From Narcine bancroftii (taxonomy: Eukaryota): a stretch of DNA of 64,000 nt. The position numbers and the translations under genes are program-made. The DNA lies in NCBI RefSeq assembly GCF_036971445.1, contig NC_091469.1, forward strand, positions 397,296,001 to 397,360,000, given 5' to 3'. Shown here piece after piece: positions 25,334 through 36,559 of the stretch (positions are counted from its first letter, which is position 1; every line of letters starts with the position of its first letter). The notes under the pieces are model-generated. The model was not told the DNA's origin, did no database searches, and saw nothing but the letters and a program-made list of their open reading frames with translations.

Positions 25334-25563
25334 GACTCATTTAGCATAGTGGATAGCGCAAAGCTGTTACAACGGCAGTGATCTAGGTTCGAATCCAGTG
25401 CCATCTGTAAGAAGTTTGTACATTTTCCCCATGTCTAGGTGGATTTCCTCTAGTTTCCTCCCACCATTCAAAATGTATGGCAGTAATTGGTGTATTTGCG
25501 GGAGCAAAGGCTCATGGGCTGGAAGGGACTGTGACCGTGCTATATGTCAAAATTTAAATTTAA
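25334..25563 (+). mobile_element. tRNA-derived V-SINE
   Basis: A-box-like TAGCATAGTGG; B box GGTTCGAATCC; V-domain-like GTTTGTACATTTTCCCCATGTCT...GTTTCCTCCCAC; LINE-like tail. Confidence 0.8.
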
Positions 25564-25975
25564 TGCACAGAAACAGACTTGTAAGGCTGACAATACATAG
25601 AAGTGTTGGAGAAGCTCATCAGGTCATGCTGAACCAATAGGAAGAAAAGATTAACCAACATTTTGGGCCTGCGCCCTTTATCAGGTATAAGAAAATGCAG
25701 GCAGATGCTTGACCTCCTTAGTTTCTCCAGCATGTTTGTGTATTTCACTGGACTTCAGCATCTACCAACTTTCTTATAGAGCACACAAACAGGCTTTTTA
25801 GCCCACCATATCCATGCTTACTGTTAAATGCCAAGCTTTACATCCATTTACCAGCTCTTTGTCCATTGTAAGTCTTTTCAAATTCACTCTTAAATGTAAG
25901 GTTCTGCTTCCACTTTTACTGCAGGCAGCGCATTTCCAAATCTCATCCACCCTCAGAGCATACAAAACTTTTATT

Positions 25976-25978
<3 letters not shown>

Positions 25979-26048
<70 letters not shown>
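25979..26048. repeat. (CA)n microsatellite
   Basis: Seen directly. Confidence 0.97.
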
Positions 26049-26051
<3 letters not shown>

Positions 26052-26444
26052 TAGATAGGTACTTTTCAATGAGAGAAAGAGTGCAGTAATGAATCACAGG
26101 GATATCTTCAGAATTGGAGGGCTTGAGGCATAAGAAGAGATTGGATAGGCAAGGACCTTTTTTCCCTGGAGTGTAGGAGGTTGATGTGCATAAAATCATA
26201 AGGGATAAACTTAAGCAAAACAGTCATACAGAGGATGGTGAATCTGTGAAGGCTCAATTATTGACTTCACTTAAAGCAGAGATTTAGATTACAAAGGTCA
26301 AGGAAGTATAGCTGGAAAATGGTACTGATGAAATGAATCAGATATGATCTTATGAATGGTCGAGTAAATTTGAAAGGCTGGATGACCTACTCTTGTTCCA
26401 ATTTCCCATGTCATCAGGAATACCTCAGTGCAATTGAATATAGT

Positions 26445-29250
26445 ACATTATAGCACAGTATAAACCCTTTGCCCATCAATGTTGTGCTTAACTATATTCC
26501 TATTAAAAAACAAAACAAAACCATTCCTACCTCATAACCCTCTATGTTTCTTCCATCCATGTGCCTGTCAAGTAGTCTCTTAAATGCCCCTAATGTCCCA
26601 ACCTCTACCACAACCTTTGATAAGGCATTCCAGGCAGCCACAACTCACTGTTTAAAAACAAAACGTGGCTGATGGCTCCCCCAAACTTCTCTCCCTTCAA
26701 TTTGACCAGATGTCCTCTAGTGTTTCCTATCCCTCCACCAGAAAAAATAAGTGCTGGCTGTCTGCCTTATCTATCCCTCTCAGAATATTTTAGACCCCAC
26801 CAAATCTCTTCTCATCCTTCTGTGTAGCAAAGAGGAAAGCCGACTAATCTTGCCTCATAAGACTTATTTTCCAATCCAGGCAACATCCTAGTAAATCTCC
26901 ATAGTTTCCATATCTTTCCTATCATGAGGTGACCAGAAGTGAACACAATATTCTAAGTGAGATCTATCCAGAGATTTGTAGAATTGCAACATGGCCTCTT
27001 GACCTCATCCCTTGACTAATGAACCCCAGCATCCTATAGGCCTTCTTAACTATCCAATTATCCTGCCCAGAAACCTTGAGGGATGTATGGATTTGGACCC
27101 CAATGTCCCTCTGTTCATCCACACTCCTAAGTAACTGACCATTAACCCTGTACTCAACCTTCAGGTTTGTCTTTCCAAAATGCATCACCTCACACTTATC
27201 CAAATTGCCACTTCTCCACCCAAACCTGCATCATCCTGTCTATATCCTTTTGTAACCTATGACAAACTTCAACACTATCCACAACTCCTCCAACCTTTGT
27301 ATCATTCCCAAACTTACTGACCCATCCTTCCACTCCTTCAATTGGGTCATTTATAAAAACCACAAATGGCAAGAATCCCAAAACAGATCCCTGCAGAACT
27401 TCACAAGTCACTCCAGGCAAAATATGTTCTGTCCACTACTACTCTCTCCTTTCTACAGGCAAGCCAATTCTGAATCCACACAGCCAAGATTTCATGGATC
27501 CCATGCCCCTGATTTCTGAATGAGTCTCTCATGAGACCTTATTAAATGCCTAAGTGAAATCCATATACACCACATTTACCACACTACCGTCATCAATTCC
27601 TTTGTCACCTCCTTGAGAGCCAGGTACTTTCCTTCACAAACCCATGCTGACTATTCCAGAGAAGTCTGTGCTTCTCCAAATACTCAGAAATCCTGTTTTT
27701 AAAAATACTCTCCAATAGTTTGAACACCATGACATAAGACTTACTGCCCTATAGTTCCCAGGATTCTCCCTATTACCTTTTCAGATTTCAGATTTATTGT
27801 CCGAGCACATACATACAACCCTGAGATTCCTTTCTCCTGTGGCCGTGGTAGAATTACCACTAATTGGTAGTGCAAAAAAATAAATTGTTTGCAGTGTAAA
27901 CGTAAACAAATAAAGATAACAAATGTAAACAAACTGCAATACAGAGAGAACTAAGAAAATCAATGAAGTGCACAAGAGTCCTTAAATGAGACTCGGATTG
28001 ACTTTGTCATTGAGGAATCTGATGGTGGAGGGGTAGCAGCTGTTCCTGAATCTGATGGTGCGAGTCTTGCGGCAACTATGATGGCAGCAGCGAGATCAGA
28101 GTGTGTGCTGGGCAGTGCAGGTCTTCAATGATTGTTGCTGCCCTCTGTCGTCAGTGTTCCCTGTAGATGTATGCAATAGAGGGGAAAGTTTTTCCTGTGA
28201 TGTCCTGGGCTGTGTCCTCTACATTTGGAAGTCTTTACACTCAGGGGTATTGGCTTTTCCATATCAGAGCATCATGCAGCCAGTCAGCACACTTTCCATC
28301 ACACTTCTGTAAAACTTTCTAGGGTTTCTGGTGTCATACAAACTCCTGAGGAAGAAGGGGTACTGATGTGCTTTCTTCACGATGCCATTGGTGTGTTGGG
28401 TCCAGGAAATATCCTCCAAGATGCCCTCTCCACTTCTGATGCCCCAATGATCACTGGATTGTCTACCTCTGGCTTTCCTTTCCTGAAGTCAACAATCAGT
28501 TCCTCAGTTTTAGTGACATTTTAACAGGTTGTTGTTGGTACAACTGTATGCTGATCATCCCCTTCTTTTATACAATCCACAATCATGGTGTCCTCAGCAA
28601 ATTAGTAGATTGAGTTATTGTCATACTGAGCTACACAGTCATAGGTGTAAAGTGAGTAGAGCAAGGAGCTAAGAATGCAGCCCTGTGATGCTCCGGTACT
28701 GATGGAGATTGTGGAGGAGAAGTTCTGACCAGTCTTCCCTGATTGTGGTCTGGAGGTGAACAGATTTGTCATTCTCCAATCCTCTGACATATCCCCTGTG
28801 GCCAAGAAGATCATCCTAGCTATCTCTTTCCTCCCTGCCCACAGCAACCTAGAGGATATCTGTTCCAGCCAAGGGGACATCAATTTTAATGCTATTAAGA
28901 AGATCCACACTTCCCTTTTTCAAATCTCAACATGGTCTAGCACACAAGCTTGTTCTATTCTGACCTCACTTTGACCAAGGTCCTTTTCTCTGGTGAATAC
29001 GGAAGCAAAATATTCATTTAGGACCTCTCACCATCCTCTGCCTCCAGGCAGATGTTGCAACTTTTATCCTTAAATAGTTCAACCTTCACTCTTGTTATCT
29101 GTTCTTCAAATATATAGACATAGAACACCTTGGGGTTTTCCTTAATCCTACTTGCCAAGACCTTCTCATGCCTCCTTTGAGCTCTCCTAAGTCCTTTCTC
29201 AAGTTCCTTCCTGGCTACCATGTAATTCTCATGAGCTCTTCCTGCTGACA
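26445..29250 (-). mobile_element. Degenerate CR1 LINE split by a nested Rex1-like LINE
   Basis: ORFs 29018-29251 (RIKENPK), 27196-27420 (QGSVLG, KFGNDTKVGG) and 26964-27203; EDWRMTNLF at ~28757 joins GNRENPGNY at ~27778. Confidence 0.85.
27779..28756 (-). mobile_element. 5'-truncated Rex1/Babar-like LINE
   Basis: ISISTGASQGCILSSLLYSLYTYDC (ORF 28602-28910); AATAAA then (TCTGAAA)n tail at about 27779-27799 on the minus strand. Confidence 0.8.
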
Positions 29251-29623
29251 TGCTGGCCTTGCTTGATACTGATTAATTTTTTTTTCATTGTAACTCTATA
29301 TTCTGTAAATTGTGCTCTTCTATTTTTTTTTAATGAATATTGGAACTTACCTATTAGACTTCATACTTCATTAAGTATAATGGTCTAAATAAACTTAAAT
29401 GTAAACACCAAGAGTGAAAAGTCTTTTATTGCTTGGAAATCCTGTATTTAAGGTCATAAGTTGGTTTACTTTAGCTGAGCCCTATGAATATGGCCTCTCC
29501 TAATTTTGTTCAGTTTCAGCCTCAATAGTAAATAATAAACAATTAATAAATTAGGACATTTAACAAAAGAAAAAAAAATCAAGAGAGGAACTTGTTTTTG
29601 TTCCATCTGCTTCCTCAACTTAC

Positions 29624-29700
29624 CCAGTGGCTCAATTTTTACCCTTCTTGACTCAAGCACTGAATGATACTGTACATCTACCAAGTCAATGATGTAGTGT
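29624..29700 (-). CDS. Candidate isolated coding exon of an unidentified host gene
   Basis: Acceptor TTTTTTTCCCATTCAAAG| and donor |GTAAGT; 77 nt with only one open frame (HYIIDLVDVQYHSVLESRRVKIEPL); protein not recognised. Confidence 0.3.
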
Positions 29701-31353
29701 CTTTGAATGGGAAAAAAACTTCATTGAGAAGGCAGATTAAACTAATTCCCTTCTGCTTGCACAGGAACCACATTACTCCATTCCTTGTACATTCATCTGA
29801 CCACCAGGAGCCTGCTTCTTGGCAGGCTGTACTAAACACCGACCACTCTCTGTGTAAAAAAAAACTTGCCATGCACATCTCCATTAAACGTCCTTCCTCA
29901 TCCACTACCCCCCCCCCCCACCCCACCCCATCCCATTTTAAATGCGTGTCCTCTAGTGCTTGACATTTTTACCCTGGGTAAAAGATTCTGATCATCTACC
30001 ATATTAATTTTTTATATTTCAATCACGTCTATCTTTAGCGTCTGACATTCCAGAGAAAACAGTTAAGTTTGTCTAGCTTGAAGCTCATGCCCTCAAATTT
30101 TGGCAACGTTCTGGTAACTCTCTTCAGTACCCTTTCCAAGGCCTCTACTTCATTCGTGTTAAGGGATGACCAGAAATACACACAGTACTCCAAGTGGTGA
30201 AAAGAATTATGCTAATTTAGAATTTAAATCAATTAGAATGTAAATCATGCCTGATGTAAAATAATGATGGAAAGTAAATGCCATATTCCTGTGGTCAATT
30301 TATGCACATCTGCAATAATCCACTCCAAACAGCTAACCAACTTCAGCACTTTCTGTTATTAGAAATTCTTTTGCAAGTTGTTTTCGCTGACTGAATTTGA
30401 CATCGTCATCACTCTTTGTACGGAGCACAATAGAATATTATGTTTGGAAAAAAACATTCACAAAGATAAATAGAATGAAATTTTATCAGTGGGTATGCTC
30501 TTATAATAACTGAATGTTATCTCATGAAACACACAATGCTTTATGTCGTAATGCTCATTTTTTAAGAAATTGTCACGAGAATAGAATGATTGGTCTGTTA
30601 TTTCTGCAATCAAATACAACCATTTAAATGCACACGTGTAGTTTTATTGCTATTGTACAAATATAACAAGATAACATCTCCAAATAAATAAAATATTAAA
30701 CAATTCACTAGCCAACTTCAAGTATGTGTTAGATTGAATTTGTTCAGCTGTCCAATTATTATGTAATTCTTGACATGCCAGGTATCATTTCTATTGAACG
30801 GCTGTTAGTGTTTATGAATGACTTATAATCTATTTGGCAGAAAATAAAGAATATTTCTGTGGTGCATCAGCTGTAACAAAATTCTACATTAAGATAAAAA
30901 TGATTGAATTCTTCTCTGCCTAAGAGTTGATTTGGATTTTTACAATTGTCAGATGATCCATTGTTACCAGAATATTATGGGAAAAAAAAACACATTTATT
31001 CTGTGTTTGCAACTTTGGGACACTCAATGTATTAAGAAAAATTTATTCCTAAATATAATTTTGATGTAGAATGTTGAAAGTTATTACCAACTTAACAATC
31101 CAATAAAGATAAATTTCAAATCTAGTACAAAACCTAATGTCTCAAGCAACAAACAATCTGCTGAAGGAATTCAGTGGATCAAGCAGTATCAGTGCGAGTA
31201 AAAGAATTGTCTATGTTTCAATCATGATGGAGGGGTCTCAATGCTCAACACAATGAATTTCTCTAGCAAATTGTTTGTTGCTCCAGATTCCAGCATCTGC
31301 AACCTCCAGTGTGTCCCTAATATCTCAATGTCTGTTATCCAAAGTGTAATATG

Positions 31354-31529
31354 CACCTCACTGACAAAAGACAGAGGAAAAACACAACACCCAACCCCAA
31401 CCAACCAATTTTCCCTTGCAACTCCTGCAACCGTGCCTGCCTGTCCCGCATCGGACTTGTCAGTCACCAACAAGCCAGATGTGGACATACCCCTCCATAA
31501 ATCTTCGTCTGCGAAGCCAAGCCAAAGAA
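31354..31529 (+). mobile_element. RTE LINE extreme 3' fragment (more diverged)
   Basis: CACCTCACTGACAAAAGAC...GCGAAGCCAAGCCAAAGA. Confidence 0.88.
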
Positions 31530-32520
31530 ATATGCATAAAGTACTGTAGATACAAGATATTCATTATATATATGAGAAATGTATATTTGGTCACAGGCAC
31601 TAATTGGGTGCAAGAGTGTGAGTCACATGTTCTAGTCGACGGAAGACATTTTCCCAGATTCTACAGAAAGCCTTCAAAAATCAGCCTTAATTTTCAGTTG
31701 TGACATATTACAAGAATTTTTACCATGTAAATCTATCAAATGTCATACAAATGCCCACAAAAAAATGTTGATTGAATAAGATTTCTACTCTGAAGGAATG
31801 GTCGATGTACAAAATTGATCCTTTTAAGATGCTGCTGGAGCCTCAGGAAAGGAAAATATTGATGGAGTTATGGATAGATTCAAAACTGATTAAAGTGAAA
31901 TGCTGGAAAGAACAACAGTATTTTAAGGTGAAAAGATTACATGGTGCATTTGGGCTGCATCCTAGATTGGTGCAGAAAGTAAGTGGGGAATTGTGGAGAT
32001 ATCGCCCATGATCTTCCAAAAATTTGTATAAAAGAGGGTGGTCACTTAGGAATGGAAAATTGCAAGTGTTATACCATTGCTCAAAAACAGTTCAAAGATA
32101 AATCCAGCAACCATAAATAACCTCAGTAGCAAGGAAAGTTCAAGAAATAAAACAAGGGCAAAATTGGCAGGCATTTTGATGGGTGTTGTCAAATCCAGCA
32201 TTGATTTGTTGTAAACAACTTGTGATTAATTAATATTAATTAACTCAAGCATCCATGCTGAAGAGTCCATTGTTAAGAAATGGTGGCAAGCAGCTGTCAT
32301 AAAATATGAAACTACAGTTTGCATCTATATTAAGAAAATTGCTGCTATTCACACATGTATATATAAATCACATCTGAGCTGCTCATTGCAGCGTTGCATC
32401 ACCTCTGCAACCAATGGCAGCTTTCTAGAGATAAACAGTAAAAAAATGACTCAGCTAGTAAAACAATATATCAGAAATAGTAAATATTTAAGAAGATATT
32501 TCATAAATCACAGCAAGGGT

Positions 32521-32685
32521 ATATTCTGTATTGGAGGAACAACTCTGTAAGAGGGATGCATCACCCATAGTTCAATATTCTGTATTGGAGGAACAACTCT
32601 GTAAGAGGGATGCATCACCCGTAGTTCAATATTCTGTATTGGAGGAACAACTCTGTAAGAGGGATGCATCACCCGTAGTTCAATA
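32521..32685. repeat. Tandem triplication of a 54-bp unit
   Basis: ATATTCTGTATTGGAGGAACAACTCTGTAAGAGGGATGCATCACCC(A/G)TAGTTCA starting at 32521, 32575 and 32629. Confidence 0.97.
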
Positions 32686-33060
32686 AGATGCTATTAAATT
32701 GAATGAAGAGGCATTCAATGTCGTCAAGATTAGCGAATAGAATTTTTTAACACCAAAAGATTAAATTACAAACAAGTATAAAGTCTATCAGTTCAAGCCA
32801 GCAAATAATATAAAGCAGTGAAAGCTTTTACTGTAAAAAAAACATATTGAAGAAACAATTCTTCCATTTGATGGTGTGACTGGAAAATTAATAGGAAAAG
32901 GGAAAAGATTATAAATCTGATTTTGAAATGGTTTTGACTGTATCGCAAGACTAATAAACTATCTATAGGGAGGGAAGAGCATATCCTCAGAGATGAGGCT
33001 ATACGAGCCAAGATGCTGCCTGATCACAACTCCAGCAACTTGGGCTCCAAACTTCCAGTG

Positions 33061-33580
33061 TGCAGTGAACTGGAATTCACTGTCTATGCATTATTCTGAT
33101 GGCTGGCTCCACCCTCACCTGCCACAATGTAAACCCTGGTTTTTCCTGCTTTATCTCAGATTCATCTGAGGACTATTGAATCTACCAGCTATTGATTGTA
33201 GGCTATAAAAAGCATGTTTGTACTCCTCACTTGTCTCTGAGTTCATTCATTTTTGTTACAATTTTAATCACTTAACTTTGAAATAAGATGGAAGTCCTGC
33301 TGAAGCCAGGCCTGCTCCAGATCAATCCTCTGTCCCCTGAAGCCCCGGACAAATTTGCCTACTGGTGGGAATGCTTCCAGTTCTACTTGATGGCCACACA
33401 AGATGTCCAACTCGGATGGTCTCCAGAGATCAGCACTTCTCTCGAGTGGGGCCCAAAGGTACGCTGTCATCAGAGACTGTGCTACCTACAAGTCAGCCAT
33501 AGAAGACTTGAAGTCCTGCTACCTAAGCCCACAGAATAATGAGTTGGTGAGGCACCGACTCTCTCAACGTCGGCATTTTC
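33061..33580 (+). mobile_element. Gypsy remnant: 5' LTR (~33061-33260) plus gag N-terminus
   Basis: TG...CA segment; ORF 33288 MEVLLKP...SPEAPDKFAYWWECF, similar to the gag at 47831; RHRLSQRR downstream. Confidence 0.7.
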
Positions 33581-34559
33581 CTAGCTTCGCACTCGCACTC
33601 TGCGATGATCCAGGGTATTGTACAGTATATCTAACTGGAAAAGTTGGGTGGGGGGGGGGGGGGGAGATTTTGTAAGTTTCGATTGCATGCATGAGGGATT
33701 TATGTGCTCTGGCGTTACCACACCTGGACTTCCTATATCACCTTAAAAGCATGACCATGGAGTACTCTGGCCCACTCCCTCCAATCACAAAGAGTTTCTC
33801 TCCACAATGTCCCTCCATTGCAAATAATGAAAAATGAAGATTATGTGAACTGTGAGAATGGATCCGAACTGGTTTAGACGCAGCTGTGGAGATGATTGGG
33901 TGAAGAGGAATATGGCTGAGATGATCGTGGAGCAGGGCCTCTGTGGACCATCAATAGCAATGAGCATGAAGCGAGAACACAGAAATAGAAGAAAATGGCA
34001 ATGAGACCTGACTCTTATCTAAAATTGTGGAAAGCTACAACCATCCTAAGATACATACAAAATCTGTGCCATCCAATTTCAGTCAGTAACAGCGAAATAA
34101 GCTTTGCATGCCTCTCTATGACCCTGAGCATGCCCAGTTACCTCCATGCCCATCAAATGCATGTTGGACCCACATCTAACCAGCACACAAAAACATTGTG
34201 CTGCATGAAACAAGTATTAGAATTTCTTTTCATTACCTTTGGTGACAAAATTACCTCTGCTGCTGACAACATCAATTCTACATTTCTGTCATATGTTCGC
34301 AATTATTTTATTTTCTTGCGACTGTGACAAAATCTCTGCTGAAGTGAAGGAGATAAAATGTTTTAATGGATGAATAACATAAATAATTAAGAAAAATTCT
34401 ACTCTCCAGGCTGGTTTTAGAAGTCTGGAGTTAATCAAAATAAAGCTGTACAATCTTGAAAATTTCCTGACGACATGGAAGGAGGCCTTTGGCCATTGAG
34501 TCTGTGACAATCTTCAGAACAGTATCATAAATTTTTCTGCAAATTATGCTCTCTTACAT

Positions 34560-34740
34560 ACCTATTGACCTCATCACAACTGATTCTCCTATCATGCAAA
34601 AGACTAGGGTAATTTACGGTGATCAATTTACACACGACCAACACATCTTTCGGATATATAAGGAAACTGTTGACGCAGGAGGAGCCCACACATTCAAAGC
34701 AAGAATAGGTAAACTCCACACAGATGACACCAGATGTAAA
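34560..34740 (-). mobile_element. Decayed V-SINE
   Basis: Reverse-complement V-domain-like sequence (AAACTCCACACAGA, AAGGAAAC, CCCACACA). Confidence 0.5.
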
Positions 34741-35618
34741 CATCAAATCTTGATAAATTGAAAACAAAAAAAATCTCAATTTTTTCAGGAATAATCTACA
34801 AATGATAAGCATGTCTGATGAGCAGAGAGTTTCTATTTTGGCCTCTCCTGTAGTGTGATCTAATGTAATAATTCTTTCCTCGTTATTCCTTATAATTTAT
34901 AATTATTTTACATTTCTCATGATGGTGGCAAATTTCAATTTTTACGTGCCTCCTTTCCTTCTCAATAGGTATTGTTTGATATGGTGCTTCGTCTCCCTTG
35001 AACTTGCTCTGTTTAATTTGGTGGTGCAGATTAATTGTTTATTGTTCAGACAGCAGAAATATAAAAGAAGAAAAAATAGCCATATGCAAGATTTCAGGAA
35101 GATTTTGTGTGGAGGAATCTCATTAGGTAAAAATCTCTAATAACATACTTCTAATGTGTGCATGCATCCAAATGACATAAACTTTGAAATTAGTTTCCAA
35201 GTGACACATGACAATTTTCAAAATACTATCATATCAACACAACCATATTGTACATTTCTGTGACTTAACTGGCAGTTAATAGCTGAGTGTGACACTTTTA
35301 TCCTTTTTATTGACATTTTATATTGTCCGCTGATAATTACATATTGGTATCTAAATAAAATATAACAAATGACCACAATCACATTTTAGATCCTGGTATA
35401 ATTGAACAATAATACAGATTCCATTTCTTTTCATTCTCACTACACAGCTAAATAAGTATGTTTCTATTAATATGATTAAAACTAATACACTTTAGTAAAT
35501 AATTAATAAGTAAATTCTTTATACACACACACTCACACTAAAAATCAGCAGTGCCTTGAACATTTGAAGAAGAGAGATTTTCTCATATGCTGCAGCCTTT
35601 GCACACACACCAGACCTG

Positions 35619-36559
35619 ACCAGACCTGACCTGACTGCAGCACCTCAAGAAGTTCGTTCTCAGTTTGACAAACTTGCTTCCAAGAACATAGCTGGCTGAT
35701 GTGACTGATTCTGCTTCTCGAAACAATGATGCTCTTCATTTGGCAAAACAAGAAAATAATGAGCATCGCAGGCAAATCCAGACACTGACCTGTGAAATAG
35801 ATGCAATGAAGGGAACGAATGAATCCCTTGAGCGCCAGATGCAAGATATGGAAGACCGGTATAATATGGAAGCTAATAATGCCCAGGAATCCATTTCCCA
35901 ACTCGAAGATGAAATCAGTTGTTTGAAGAATGAGATGACTCGCCATTTGCAAGAATATCAGGAGCTATTGACAGTTAAAATGGCTTTAGATGTTGAGATT
36001 CCAACTTACAGGAAATTACTGGAAGGTGAAGAAAACAGGATTTCTATGCCATTGACCTCATTTGGATTTCTGAACCTCTCTGATGCCATGTTTGAGCAGC
36101 AGCCATTTGAAAATCGAACATCAAAGAAGAAAATTGTCATTAAAACTGTTGAGACCAGCGGGGGAGATGTCATCAGTGAAACTACCCAGAAAATTGAAGA
36201 CTAAACCTGGTGATCTGCCTAAAAATATGCATTGAAGCTGAAGTTCTTCCAAAATAAAGTGCTAGACAAAATTGTTGCTCCTCCTTTTAATCAAGAAGAA
36301 TACTGGCTTTGAAGTGCCTTTCTGCGTCTAATTGAAGAGTGCCAGATTCAATAAAGTTTAGTTGTAAGCTTTATAGAAAAGTAAAAATATAGTAAATGGC
36401 TTCACTGAAGTTATACTACACTCTGTTTATGAAGACAGTCACTAGTTTACAATTGCACAGTGACAACTAGCAATACTTCACCAGTTCTGAATCTTTATTT
36501 ACATTCAGAATCACAATTGTCTGTAAACAAGCTCTAATAAAAAGTTGACCAAAAAAAAA
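35619..36559 (+). pseudogene. VIM: Processed (intronless), 5'-truncated vimentin pseudogene
   Basis: [23 protein letters not shown], then ORF 35701-36204 with coil 2, [10 protein letters not shown] and the tail [26 protein letters not shown]; no introns at the conserved type III intermediate filament junctions; 3'UTR, AATAAA at 36536-36541, A9 at 36551-36559; frameshifting deletion near 35692. Confidence 0.92.
36301..36350 (+). promoter_or_regulatory. Vimentin 3'UTR conserved element (retrocopied)
   Basis: GGCTTTGAAGTGCCTTTCTGC matches the recalled mammalian VIM 3'UTR core AGCTTTCAAGTGCCTTTCTGC. Confidence 0.7.

Noticed and set aside
25334-25400. tRNA gene
   Set aside because: The A/B boxes run into a SINE body; no cloverleaf evident
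25655-25695. Hammerhead ribozyme-like motifs in Penelope-derived repeats (also ~42575-42600, ~45270, ~5370)
   Set aside because: The catalytic core is mutated in every copy (e.g. CTGATAA...AAAA instead of CTGATGA...GAAA); likely inactive relics
32521-32685. CRISPR-like array
   Set aside because: No spacers, eukaryotic context, no cas genes
35701-36204. Functional vimentin gene
   Set aside because: Intronless, 5'-truncated, upstream frameshift and genomic poly(A)
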